A stretch of 64,000 nt of DNA from Candidatus Amesbacteria bacterium GW2011_GWB1_47_19 (lineage in GTDB: Bacteria; Patescibacteriota; Microgenomatia; CAZETR01; Amesbacteraceae), in the NCBI GenBank assembly GCA_001002325.1, contig LCNZ01000006.1:130-64129 (forward strand), written 5' to 3'. Below the pieces are notes generated by a model. That model saw nothing but the letters and a program-made list of their open reading frames with translations, had not been told where the DNA came from and did not search any database. Both the position numbers and the translations under genes were made by a program. Shown in pieces: positions 46,114 through 55,521 of the stretch (position 1 is the first letter of the stretch; each line of letters starts with the position of its first letter).

Positions 46114-48116
46114 AACAAAGCTTTGTTTAAATAATCAGAGTAACTGACAGCGGTTTTTTTCCACGAAAATTTCTCCGCTAATAACTTTGCCCGGTGGGAC
46201 AACTTTTGTCTTAAATGCGGATCGTTAACCAATTTTATCAAAGCTTCACCAAATGCCCGGTGATCGAAAGCACGGACCTTTATACCGCAGTTGTCAGGAA
46301 GCCACTTCAAACCATCGATATCGAAGCAGACGAAAGGAATACCTGAAGCCAGTGTTTCCAGAGCTACAAGTGGAAAGGTTTCAAACCGGGACGGCAAAGC
46401 CATAACCAAAGTCCGGGCAAAAAAGCGTGACCGCTCTCTCCCGCGTACTAATCCTGTCAGTTTTGCCCGGGAGTCCAGATGAAGATGGTTGATCAGTGAT
46501 TTGAGGCGGTTTATTTCACCCCGGCTGCCGCTTCCGGCGATATACAGGTCATGAGGCAAGTTACCGGTGATGTGTTTGAAAGACTGCAATAAAAGATCCA
46601 ATCCTTTCTGGTTGACTTCAATCCGGCCGATAAACGAAATATTCCTGGGGCGGTAAGCCGAATCCGCGGGATAGACGGGAGAAGTGACTCCGTTGGGAAT
46701 CCACACCACATCTGTTTGAGGACTAATTTTTTTAATCTGTTTGCTGTAGAAAGGGGAGGGGGAAATAATCCGACGGTACAGCCTGAGTCCCAGGTTTTCA
46801 ACACTGACAAACGGAAGAAGATATTTACGCTGCATATCCGCTCCGGCCAGCATATGAGCCAGTCCAATGACCGGTTTACGGGTGAAAAGCGGAAGAAAAG
46901 CCGTGGAAAAGGGAGGGGTAAAACTTTCCATCCAGATATCATATCGGCCAAACATAACTCTGAAAGGAATCAGACACAAAAATGCCAGCTGACCGAATTT
47001 CCCTCCCAAAACGGAAATTCCTATCCGGCGATAAGAAACCCCATCCAGTATCAGGTCTGAGGAAAAGGGGTATTTTCCCGTGATGACCGTGATATCAAAG
47101 TGACCTGCCAATCTTTTGGCAATCTCGTGAACAGCGACCGCTCCCCCACCACCATACCAGGGATTGCGAAGATCGTCGTATGAGGAAATTACAAGAACAG
47201 GTTTGAAACTTCTCTTGGTGGAACCGGCCATTTCCCATGGCAGGCGGGTGCGGTTCTTGTTCACCCTGGTGAAACGGCTTAGGAAAAAAATCATAAACAG
47301 AGCGAGCGGAAAAGATAGAGGCCGGTGCCGCAAGGACTTGAGAATTCCTGATAGGAGGTATTTCCTGGGAATTACATAATCGGAAACGGTAGGGTAACCG
47401 AACAGTCTGTCCAGTTCAGGCTGGGGTTTGGAAAAAGAGCGGTTGGCCAACTTAAAATAATCGCTCCAGGTTGAAGGAGGCCAGTAGGTTATGACTGCGG
47501 ACCGGCAATAGCGGAACGCTCCCGCTTTTACGGCTGTGAGATAGATGTATAAGCGCAGTTCGGAGGACTCTACTGGTATGCGTAGAGTATCTGAGAAAGA
47601 TTTTCTGAAGGCGGTGGCGGCACCATAGAAATTTTGAACATGGTTAAAACCTGGAACGCTTAAGCGAATATCGTCCCACATGGCGAAACTGGAATGAATC
47701 AACCCGCCCGCAATGCCCGGCGGCCGGAGCGGAATCTGATGTGCGGCCATCATACCCGCCCGGGGATCGGCAACAATTGCCGAAACCAGTGTGGTCAAGA
47801 ATTTGCGCCCTACCAGATTTATGTCCGCGTCCAAAGCTACTAAAATATCGCTGTGATTAAGCCGGAATAGCTGATTTAAACGGAAGGGTTTTCCCTTACG
47901 GGTCCGGGCTGATACCAACTGTACCAAGGGAAAACGGTGACTGAATTGCCTGACTAAATCCTGTGTGGTATCAGAACTGCCGTCGGAAATCACCAGTATT
48001 CGTTCCAACGTGAAGCCTGTCCGGTTTTGGCCGAGGACTGATTCCAAAATATGTCCGATGTTCCCGGCCTCGTTGAAAGCAATGATTCCCACAGTGAGGG
48101 AAGGAATACGGGCCAT
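46110..48116 (-). CDS. bifunctional glycosyltransferase: N-terminal GT2 + C-terminal GT4
   Basis: The N-terminus has 'LTVGIIAFNEAGN ... ILVISDGSSDTT ... ALDADINL'. The C-terminus has 'FETFPLVALETLASGIPFVCFDIDG' (E-x7-E). An ATGA overlap joins it to PIG-L. Confidence 0.7.
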   Translation of the reverse strand: MARIPSLTVGIIAFNEAGNIGHILESVLGQNRTGFTLERILVISDGSSDTTQDLVRQFSHRFPLVQLVSARTRKGKPFRLNQLFRLNHSDILVALDADINLVGRKFLTTLVSAIVADPRAGMMAAHQIPLRPPGIAGGLIHSSFAMWDDIRLSVPGFNHVQNFYGAATAFRKSFSDTLRIPVESSELRLYIYLTAVKAGAFRYCRSAVITYWPPSTWSDYFKLANRSFSKPQPELDRLFGYPTVSDYVIPRKYLLSGILKSLRHRPLSFPLALFMIFFLSRFTRVNKNRTRLPWEMAGSTKRSFKPVLVISSYDDLRNPWYGGGGAVAVHEIAKRLAGHFDITVITGKYPFSSDLILDGVSYRRIGISVLGGKFGQLAFLCLIPFRVMFGRYDIWMESFTPPFSTAFLPLFTRKPVIGLAHMLAGADMQRKYLLPFVSVENLGLRLYRRIISPSPFYSKQIKKISPQTDVVWIPNGVTSPVYPADSAYRPRNISFIGRIEVNQKGLDLLLQSFKHITGNLPHDLYIAGSGSRGEINRLKSLINHLHLDSRAKLTGLVRGRERSRFFARTLVMALPSRFETFPLVALETLASGIPFVCFDIDGLKWLPDNCGIKVRAFDHRAFGEALIKLVNDPHLRQKLSHRAKLLAEKFSWKKTAVSYSDYLNKALL

Positions 48117-48119
48117 AGA

Positions 48120-51100
48120 TCAGGAAGCGGGGACAAAAGCCTGTCCCGGGTGGCGGTCGGATAATTTTTCCCCGAAACGGGAGCGGATGAGACATAGCAA
48201 CGATGCCGCCTGGATATCCCAATCGAAATGCCGGGCCCAAATACCAGCCTGGGCGGACAACTGACGGCGAACGTCTGAGTGACGGATAAGAAAACCCATG
48301 GCCGCAGTCAAGGCCGAGACGTCGGCGTTGGGCACCAGCAGCCCGGTCTGGCCATCCCGGACGGAATCACGCAAACCGACTACATTTGAAGCAATGACCG
48401 GAGTGGAACAAATATTGGCCTCGATGACGGTTATACCCCAGCCTTCAAAAGAAGAGGGCTGGAGCATTGCCCAAGATGAAGATAATAAATGGATCCTCTC
48501 TTTGTCACTGACACGGCCGAGAAAACTGACCCGCGTTTCTATGCCCAGACGGTCGGTTAAAGCCCGTAGGGATTTGATGCTTTCTCCATCACCTGCGATA
48601 TTCAGCCTGGCGTCGGGGTGATCCGTTAATATCCGGGCGAAAGCCCTGACAGCAATATCAATCTGCTTGTAAGGACGGACCCGACCTAAATACAGGAAAG
48701 AGGGGTAACTGGTTTTTGGAGACTGGTAAAGGAACTGCCGGAGATCTATTCCGGGGTTAATGACGGAAATATTCTCTGTCCGAGCCAAACCGAGGGCGGC
48801 AATATCTTTACGAGATGATTCGGAAACGGTGATGACCGGCTGGTTATGATAGACCAGAGGGGCAATCCCGGCTTCCAGGAATTTGGCAATCTGAGCCAGC
48901 GGGAAACGGACATGGCGGATGAAATAATCCTGATGGACATGGTGGATGAGTAAAAATTTGGGAATCCGGGAATAGAGGGGGGTAAAAAACGGAATACCGT
49001 TTTCGCTGTCGATGATAATGTCATAGTGACCCCGGAACCGGAAGAGATAATATAAAACCGCCCAGATATACACGGTATAGAAGCCTCCCCGGCGGATGAT
49101 CCGGATTCCGTCGATGACTTCGGTACCGGGATGCTGCCGGTCGTTGCCGCAAAAGAGCGTTACTTCATGTCCGGCAGTCACCCAGCGTCTGGCCAGTTCG
49201 TGCAAATATACCTCGGCGCCTCCGGCCCAGACATGGCGGATATCGCGCCAGTTGAAAATAAGGATCCTGATATTGCCACCGGTTCCGGCGGCAGGCGCCG
49301 GCAGAAGGCGGAAAAGTCCGGCTAAATCCCGCAGAGCCAGGGTAACATCGGCCAGTTTGGCTTGTATGCCGTGACAGATCAGGACCAGCCCGAGATACAA
49401 ACCGGAGGATATGAGGATAATGGTAGAAAAATCCCTGATATTCCGGTGATAAAGGGTGATTCCCGCCAGCAACAGAATGGCTAGGAAGACGGATAGCAGG
49501 GAGAAATAGTAATGCTTTCTGGCCTGGTGGTAGCTGACGATGGCTCCGGCCATAGCAAAACTGCACATAGCCAGACAGTAACCGGTCAGATAGGGAATTA
49601 TCGGTATTGCCCTGGACCCCAGGATAAAAGGAACGGTGTATCTACCCAACGGCCCTAAAATAATCAGGGCAATAGAGGAACTGAAAATTGTAGCCCCGAG
49701 AAGCCTGTAAAAAGTCCGGTTGGGGTTTTGTTGTGCGCCTTCAGAATGGCTGACCAGCGGGTTGACGAACTGACTGAAAAGTGTGCCGGCGAAAAAGACA
49801 ATTTTTCCGATCAGGGACAACAGGGTATAGTAACCGGCCTGTTCGGGAGAAAGATAGTGTTTGGCCAGTATCACATCCAAGCTTAAGAAAATCAGGGAGG
49901 AGAGAGACACCAAAGCCGATGAGCTGAAAAACTTGCCGGGAAAAGTAAGAAAATTCCGGGGCAAATCATATGTGACAGATTTAGCACTGAAACGTTTGAC
50001 CATGATAAAAGCAATGAGCAGGGCGCCGAACGTGGCCAGGGGGATTGCGATATAAATGTATCTTTCCCAGCCTGCCGTGACCAGAAAAACAGTCAGCAGA
50101 AGCTTGATTACCGACTCGGCCAGAATAACCGCAGACAAAGAAATAAAGCGGAGATTTCCGGATAAGAAACCGGAATCGACGGCCAGTAACGCGGCTATGG
50201 GCCAAAGCGGGGTGATCAGCAGCAGTGGTAAGACTGATTCCAGCCGGAAAAAATACGAGATGCCAGGAATCGTGATAATCCATGCCACAGTAACCAACAG
50301 GGAAATGGTCAATGCCCGACTACGGGTGAATAACCAGAACTGCAGGGTGGGAAGACGGTGGCGACCCAGCAGATATGCACTGCGATGTGAAACAGTCCGC
50401 GCCACGGCACCCAAAGGGATTTGACTGATATAGATCAAACCCGCTGCAAAACCGATAAGGCCGTAATCGGCAACAGACAATACCCTGCCCAAGAATACGT
50501 TGTATACAAAATTGATAAAGTTGGCGATGATTGTGGCTGTCACCAGAACCAGACCCGGTGACGGCTGCGGCCGCCAACCTCCCGGAACCGGCACGTGCGG
50601 TAAAGAGATGCCGAGACGAAAAGTCCGGCTTTTTTGCCGCGGCGCCAAATGCAAACCATGATGGGTCTTTTCCCAATAATGAGGCTTGACTATGAGCTGG
50701 TATACTGCTTTCAGGCCGGCCAGACTGATGAGAAACCAATACACGGGAATTAAATAAACGTATTTGATCTGATCCCACAAACCCCGCCGGGCACAGCCCA
50801 GCATGTAATAGTAGAGGAAAATAAAATTTCCAAAGATGGTACAGAGGACAGCCAGATAGTAAATCGGACCGGAATAGAGAGTTTCCATGAGGGGGCCGGC
50901 CTGGGCACGGAAAACGAAATATGACAGGGTAGCCAGCCACAGCAGCGGATTTATCAGCATGAAGAGAATCTTGCCGCCGATTACCAACTGAAAAATAAGA
51001 GCATGAATACCCCGGGTTTTCCAAAATCTCAGAGGGTGGCGGTTGTGGACTAAATAGGTCTGGATGTAACCTTTTATCCACCTGGAACGCTGGCGCATCC

Positions 51101-52121
51101 AGTTTCCCAGATGGCTGTTGGCTTCCTCCAGGGTAGTAGAGTCGATCATGGCTGTCCGATAGCCCTTTAAAAATAACCTTATTCCCAAATCGCAATCTTC
51201 AGTAACATTAAAAGCGTCCCACCCAGCCAGCTGGCGAAGTATGTGGGTACGGAAATGATTGGAAGTGCCACCCAGGGGGATGGTGGTGCCCAGAGACTGA
51301 AGGCCGGGTAAAATTATGTCAAACCACAGTGAATATTCGGCGGTAAACAGCCGGGTGAGTAAGTTGTGGTTGGGGTTATAGTAATTCAATTTGGCTTGTA
51401 GGCAAACCACCTTCGGGTTGACTTGCTGAAAAGCCAGATATGCCTTTTTTAGCTGTTGGGGGTCCGGTTGATCTTCGGCATCGTAGATAACCACGTATTT
51501 TCCCCGGGCGATTGCCAGCCCGTAATTACAGGCTTTGGGTTTGGTTTTTGGCAGAGTATCGGGTACAATTACTACTCTGATGTGTTTTGGCAAATTGATA
51601 GCAGATACTGCCCGAAAAGTCTCAGAATCGTCTGCTTCCAATAACAAGATTACGTCAAGTTTTGATTTGGGCCAATCCAAACGGTTGATAGAAGTCAAAA
51701 AGTGCCTAAATACCGCTGATTCCTTGTACATGGGACACAGGATGGAATAAACAGGCAGATCGGACTCATCAAGCTTTTTCAGCCGTTGGGGCGAAAAAGT
51801 GATCTCCTGTGAGCGGTGCATACTGCGGCTGACCAAAGCTAAATTAAAAAGGCCATCGATGAAATAAATTAGACTCAGAACTGTGACTGTGAAAATTCCC
51901 GTGGAAATAGGATTGAACCATAACGATAAGAGAAAAGCCAAGGTTGTAACGGTGAGCAATAGTTTCTGCCATCCGACCAGGGTAATCAGGGCAGAACTAT
52001 CCACGGGTAGAACTGTATGGGTGATGAACCGGCGCATTTTCCAGGCTACACCCGCACCTAACTGGGACGAAACAGTGGAGGGAGGAATCGGGGTAACCAC
52101 ATTCAGACGGTGAGATGACAT
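48120..52121 (-). CDS. 1333-aa tri-domain protein: processive GT2 synthase-like domain + MOP/Wzx-like multi-TM domain + C-terminal GT4 domain
   Basis: The GT2 domain has 'VYSILCPMYKE', 'VIYDAEDQPDP', 'TEDCDLGIRL' and 'QRSRW' (QxxRW). The middle domain has about 14 TM helices with Wzx-like 'LVTATIIANFINFVYNVFLGRVLSVADYGLIGF'. The GT4 domain has 'FEGWGITVIEANICSTPVIASNVVGLRDSV'. Confidence 0.7.
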   Translation of the reverse strand: MSSHRLNVVTPIPPSTVSSQLGAGVAWKMRRFITHTVLPVDSSALITLVGWQKLLLTVTTLAFLLSLWFNPISTGIFTVTVLSLIYFIDGLFNLALVSRSMHRSQEITFSPQRLKKLDESDLPVYSILCPMYKESAVFRHFLTSINRLDWPKSKLDVILLLEADDSETFRAVSAINLPKHIRVVIVPDTLPKTKPKACNYGLAIARGKYVVIYDAEDQPDPQQLKKAYLAFQQVNPKVVCLQAKLNYYNPNHNLLTRLFTAEYSLWFDIILPGLQSLGTTIPLGGTSNHFRTHILRQLAGWDAFNVTEDCDLGIRLFLKGYRTAMIDSTTLEEANSHLGNWMRQRSRWIKGYIQTYLVHNRHPLRFWKTRGIHALIFQLVIGGKILFMLINPLLWLATLSYFVFRAQAGPLMETLYSGPIYYLAVLCTIFGNFIFLYYYMLGCARRGLWDQIKYVYLIPVYWFLISLAGLKAVYQLIVKPHYWEKTHHGLHLAPRQKSRTFRLGISLPHVPVPGGWRPQPSPGLVLVTATIIANFINFVYNVFLGRVLSVADYGLIGFAAGLIYISQIPLGAVARTVSHRSAYLLGRHRLPTLQFWLFTRSRALTISLLVTVAWIITIPGISYFFRLESVLPLLLITPLWPIAALLAVDSGFLSGNLRFISLSAVILAESVIKLLLTVFLVTAGWERYIYIAIPLATFGALLIAFIMVKRFSAKSVTYDLPRNFLTFPGKFFSSSALVSLSSLIFLSLDVILAKHYLSPEQAGYYTLLSLIGKIVFFAGTLFSQFVNPLVSHSEGAQQNPNRTFYRLLGATIFSSSIALIILGPLGRYTVPFILGSRAIPIIPYLTGYCLAMCSFAMAGAIVSYHQARKHYYFSLLSVFLAILLLAGITLYHRNIRDFSTIILISSGLYLGLVLICHGIQAKLADVTLALRDLAGLFRLLPAPAAGTGGNIRILIFNWRDIRHVWAGGAEVYLHELARRWVTAGHEVTLFCGNDRQHPGTEVIDGIRIIRRGGFYTVYIWAVLYYLFRFRGHYDIIIDSENGIPFFTPLYSRIPKFLLIHHVHQDYFIRHVRFPLAQIAKFLEAGIAPLVYHNQPVITVSESSRKDIAALGLARTENISVINPGIDLRQFLYQSPKTSYPSFLYLGRVRPYKQIDIAVRAFARILTDHPDARLNIAGDGESIKSLRALTDRLGIETRVSFLGRVSDKERIHLLSSSWAMLQPSSFEGWGITVIEANICSTPVIASNVVGLRDSVRDGQTGLLVPNADVSALTAAMGFLIRHSDVRRQLSAQAGIWARHFDWDIQAASLLCLIRSRFGEKLSDRHPGQAFVPAS

Positions 52122-52176
52122 GTGTATCAGTTAAAAAAACAAACCAGCTAAAGCCAGTCTGATGTCAAAAATTATA

Positions 52177-52581
52177 CTACAGGTCTATCAGAATGTCTAA
52201 TTTCCGGAGGCTGATAAGGACCGAGGCCGTAACAACTCCGAGACTGTCAATGGCGACATCCCGATACCGGGGCTCACGCCCGGGAACAAGGCTCTGGTGG
52301 TATTCATCGGTGGAGGCGTAAACTACAGTTACCAGCAGGGTGAGTAATATCAATACCACCCGGGAATATTCGGTACTTTGTTTGAGCGCCCGGAATATCA
52401 GGACTGCCAAAATAAAATACTCTATAAAATGAGCTGTTTTTTTGACGATGAAATCCTGCCAGTAGATTTGGGAAGTATGCATTGCAGGGCGGGAGGAAAA
52501 CCAGAAAATAAGACACATCCATAAAACAACAGGTATCCAGCCATAAATTTTGTGGTAGGAAATCATCTTTCGAGTATACAA
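52177..52581 (-). CDS. VanZ-like family membrane protein
   Basis: 'HFIEYFILAVL...DEYHQSLVPGREPRYRDVAIDSLGVV' matches the VanZ (PF04892) pattern. Confidence 0.65.
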   Translation of the reverse strand: MYTRKMISYHKIYGWIPVVLWMCLIFWFSSRPAMHTSQIYWQDFIVKKTAHFIEYFILAVLIFRALKQSTEYSRVVLILLTLLVTVVYASTDEYHQSLVPGREPRYRDVAIDSLGVVTASVLISLRKLDILIDL

Positions 52582-53472
52582 CTAAAGCACGGAAGGGGGG
52601 GAAGCTTTGCGGAATACCAACAACAGACCGGATGTAACAAGAGCCACAATTCCCGCTCCGATGAGCAGCCAACCACCCAGGTTTGAAGATGAATCATTTG
52701 CTCCGGTAACAGGCTCATCCGCACGCAAAGCGATGTCCGAATCCCCCAACACCACGGGTGTGGGAGTATTGAGCACCTCCCGGTCCGCATTCTCTAGTAA
52801 GCTTTGGAAATCCGGCCAGGTAGGTTCCGCCAGCGACCGGATGGGGGAGGCGGTGCTGCGGTTCACGACCGGGGTAAGTGTGGATGTGGCCGATGGTTTG
52901 GGAGTGGAGGTGGGTTTGGGAGTGGAAGACGGTTTGGGGGTGGATGAAGGAGCGGTGGTGGGAGTGGAGGTGGGCGGAACGGGGGTATTTGTGGGGCCAG
53001 TAGTGGGGGTAGGGGTGAGAGAGGGACCGGTAATGATTATTGCCTGTTCGGGGCTCCACTCGGCAGAACTGTTTTCCCCGGCTGTATAGCGGCCGACTTT
53101 GAAAAAATAACCACCGGGACCGGCGTATTTTGAGTCAGTGGGCTCAGGTTTGATTTTCAATTTTCCGCTCCATGAACCCTCGGTCAAATCGCTCTCCCCC
53201 ACCCGAAAATATTGAGTCCGGTCGGAAGAGGTGCCGATCCAGCTGCCGGAATTGTTTTGGGTCAGACCGAAGTAATTTGATCCCGATGGATAAAATGCAC
53301 CCCGCAGATACGAATCCTTACACCCCGAACAGGACATGTTTACTATGATTTCTGTTTCCTGATCCTTATCAATAGATGCAGGCAAACCTGAAAAATTTAC
53401 TGTAACGGCATAGACAGAAAGAGGGAAAAAAAGAAAGGAGAATACAATGATTAACTTCTCACCCCATTTCAT
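52582..53472 (-). CDS. secreted protein with Pro/Thr-rich linker and C-terminal TM anchor, hypothetical
   Basis: Signal peptide, a ~150-aa domain, '(TPKPSS)n'-like linker, then C-terminal 'LGGWLLIGAGIVALVTSGLLLVFRK'. Confidence 0.55.
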   Translation of the reverse strand: MKWGEKLIIVFSFLFFPLSVYAVTVNFSGLPASIDKDQETEIIVNMSCSGCKDSYLRGAFYPSGSNYFGLTQNNSGSWIGTSSDRTQYFRVGESDLTEGSWSGKLKIKPEPTDSKYAGPGGYFFKVGRYTAGENSSAEWSPEQAIIITGPSLTPTPTTGPTNTPVPPTSTPTTAPSSTPKPSSTPKPTSTPKPSATSTLTPVVNRSTASPIRSLAEPTWPDFQSLLENADREVLNTPTPVVLGDSDIALRADEPVTGANDSSSNLGGWLLIGAGIVALVTSGLLLVFRKASPPSVL

Positions 53473-53535
53473 AATTCCAACTATACACCAGCATTATTAC
53501 ATTGGTGTTCCGCAGATACAGACGATGGTTTTTTT

Positions 53536-53564
53536 AGCCTTCACACTCCCGGTGTGTGAAGGCT
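53536..53564. terminator. strong hairpin downstream of the M23 peptidase gene (non-canonical terminator candidate)
   Basis: An 11-bp stem, agccttcacac / gtgtgaaggct, with loop tcccggt. The run on the minus-strand transcript is A7, not U, so function is uncertain. Confidence 0.3.
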
Positions 53565-53566
53565 GA

Positions 53567-54646
53567 TTACTGTACGTGGAGAAAGAAGGTCTTGAGACCG
53601 GAACCGTGGTCGATGTACTTAATTTTGAGATCGGAAGACCCGCATTTCTGGGTGGAAGAATATAAAATTCCGTCGGCAACGGCTTTGATGACGTCCTGAT
53701 TGCTGACCATGTCGATGCCGGTATGGGTACCACCGCTGTAAATATAGCGGTATGAATACGGAGTTTTTCCGTAGCGTTGAGTGATTTCGATGTCCCCGGA
53801 AATTGGCCAGTTCCAGTTGCCTGAACCAATATTTAAGCCCCATTTATCGGATATCTTCTTTAAATATAACTCGGCGTTGACCCAGGTATCATTAAGCCGG
53901 ACTTCAAAATGCAGGTGTTTGCCGGTGCTGCAGCTGGGATAACCGGTATTACCTACCAGAGCGATGGGGTCACCGGCTTTGACCGGGCCTTCTCTGATAC
54001 CGGTAGCCAACGCGGTCTGAATAGCCGCCAGCTCCAACCGGGCGGACTCCAGCTGTTTCTCGTAAACAGCCTCGCTATTTTTGGTCTGCAGAAGAAGATT
54101 ATCTTTTTCCTCCCTCAACCCTGCCAGAGTTTTTTTCTGAACTTCCAGCTTTTTTTGGGCATCTTCGACTAAGGTTTTTTGGCGGGCATAATTTAGTTGA
54201 ATAACCTGGGTATCATGCAAAATACGGCGGTTGTTGGCCTGAACGGTCTGGGCATATTTTAGTCTGGATAATAGAAGAGAAAAGTTTGTACTCGATAACA
54301 TTATTTGAAGTGGATCCAATGACCCTTGTTTATAGGTATGCACTATTTGTTTTTCCAATATTAACGACCGTTGCAACAGGCGTGTCTCTAAAATATTTAT
54401 TTTTCCGGATAATGAGGCAATCATGTCCTCGGTTTGTGATATTTTTAGCGTATTCAGGGCAATTTGAACATCATAGTAGGTGACCTGATCTGCCAGAGTT
54501 TTAGCCTGTGTCTGGAGTTCGGTGATTTTCTTTTCTAATTCTTTGATCTGATTTTCCTTGTCTTCGAGTTCGGAGGCCCGGACGACCGGCAAAGCAAGCG
54601 TCAGAATACAAAGCAAACTAATGCAAAAAATACGAATATTCTTCAT
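53567..54646 (-). CDS. M23/LytM family peptidoglycan metalloendopeptidase with N-terminal coiled coil (EnvC/PcsB-like)
   Basis: N-terminal signal/TM, a long heptad-rich region, and C-terminal 'GKHLHFEV' plus 'HTGIDM' M23 motifs. It lies directly downstream of ftsX. Confidence 0.75.
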   Translation of the reverse strand: MKNIRIFCISLLCILTLALPVVRASELEDKENQIKELEKKITELQTQAKTLADQVTYYDVQIALNTLKISQTEDMIASLSGKINILETRLLQRSLILEKQIVHTYKQGSLDPLQIMLSSTNFSLLLSRLKYAQTVQANNRRILHDTQVIQLNYARQKTLVEDAQKKLEVQKKTLAGLREEKDNLLLQTKNSEAVYEKQLESARLELAAIQTALATGIREGPVKAGDPIALVGNTGYPSCSTGKHLHFEVRLNDTWVNAELYLKKISDKWGLNIGSGNWNWPISGDIEITQRYGKTPYSYRYIYSGGTHTGIDMVSNQDVIKAVADGILYSSTQKCGSSDLKIKYIDHGSGLKTFFLHVQ

Positions 54647-55521
54647 GATTTAAGGAAACGCCGGGTAGCAAGCAACCCGCCCAGGCCACCAACCAGCGAT
54701 CCCAAAATCAGTTCACCGCCCAGGACTTCCAGCATAAATACCGGGGTAGGATAAAGTTCCGGAATCTGAAAAATGAAAGTGGACAAAAACGGTGTGGAGT
54801 AAAGAAAAGCCAGATAAGTGATCCCCCAGGCAATAGATGCTCCCAGGAAACCGTATAACATGCCTTCGAGAATGAAAGGAGCGGTCACGAAGCTCCGGGT
54901 GGCACCCATTAGCTGAAGGATGGTTATTTCTTCCTTGCGGCTGGTAACCCGGGCTCCGATCACCGAAAGAATAACTATAAAAGTGATAAATATCTGGGAG
55001 GAAGTCAGGGCGATGCGTGCGGTACGGACAGATCGGGTCCAGCGGATAAGAGTAAATACCACATCTTCCGCAAACCGGACTTCCTCGATCCCCTCCTCCT
55101 TTTTGAGTTGGTCGGCCAGAGTTTTGAGCTGGGCGGGATCTTTGGCCGAAACTTCCAGGGAAGCGGGTAACATGTTGGAGGTGACTGCTTCCAATAGCAG
55201 GGGGTCGGTGGAATTAAGTTCTTTGTAGATGCGCAGTGCGTCTTCTTTGGAAATATATTTGAAATTTTCCACCAGGCCGGTAGATTCCAAGCGGGAGCGA
55301 ATAAGCTCCACCTGCTGGGAGGTGGGGGTGATATCAGCTTTGAAGAAAGCATTAACCTGGGGCCGGGTTTCAAAAAAGCGGAGGATCTTGTGAGCTGCTG
55401 CAGCGTCCAAAAAAAAGACGGTGGCAGAAAAAAGGGTCAGTGAAACTACTAATAGGGAGATGAGAGTCTGGTACGGAGTGCGGCGCAGGCGCTGCCAGGC
55501 TGTTTTGAAATATTTATTCAT
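54643..55521 (-). CDS. ftsX: cell division permease-like protein FtsX
   Basis: Topology of TM1, a large extracytoplasmic loop, then three C-terminal TM helices. The gene overlaps ftsE. Confidence 0.8.
   Translation of the reverse strand: MNKYFKTAWQRLRRTPYQTLISLLVVSLTLFSATVFFLDAAAAHKILRFFETRPQVNAFFKADITPTSQQVELIRSRLESTGLVENFKYISKEDALRIYKELNSTDPLLLEAVTSNMLPASLEVSAKDPAQLKTLADQLKKEEGIEEVRFAEDVVFTLIRWTRSVRTARIALTSSQIFITFIVILSVIGARVTSRKEEITILQLMGATRSFVTAPFILEGMLYGFLGASIAWGITYLAFLYSTPFLSTFIFQIPELYPTPVFMLEVLGGELILGSLVGGLGGLLATRRFLKS

Noticed and set aside
52715-53059. His-rich 114-aa ORF (HSHHRSFIHPQTVFHSQTHLHSQT...)
   Set aside because: It is an alternative frame of the Pro/Thr-rich linker of the 52582-53472 gene, and it has no independent start or RBS support.
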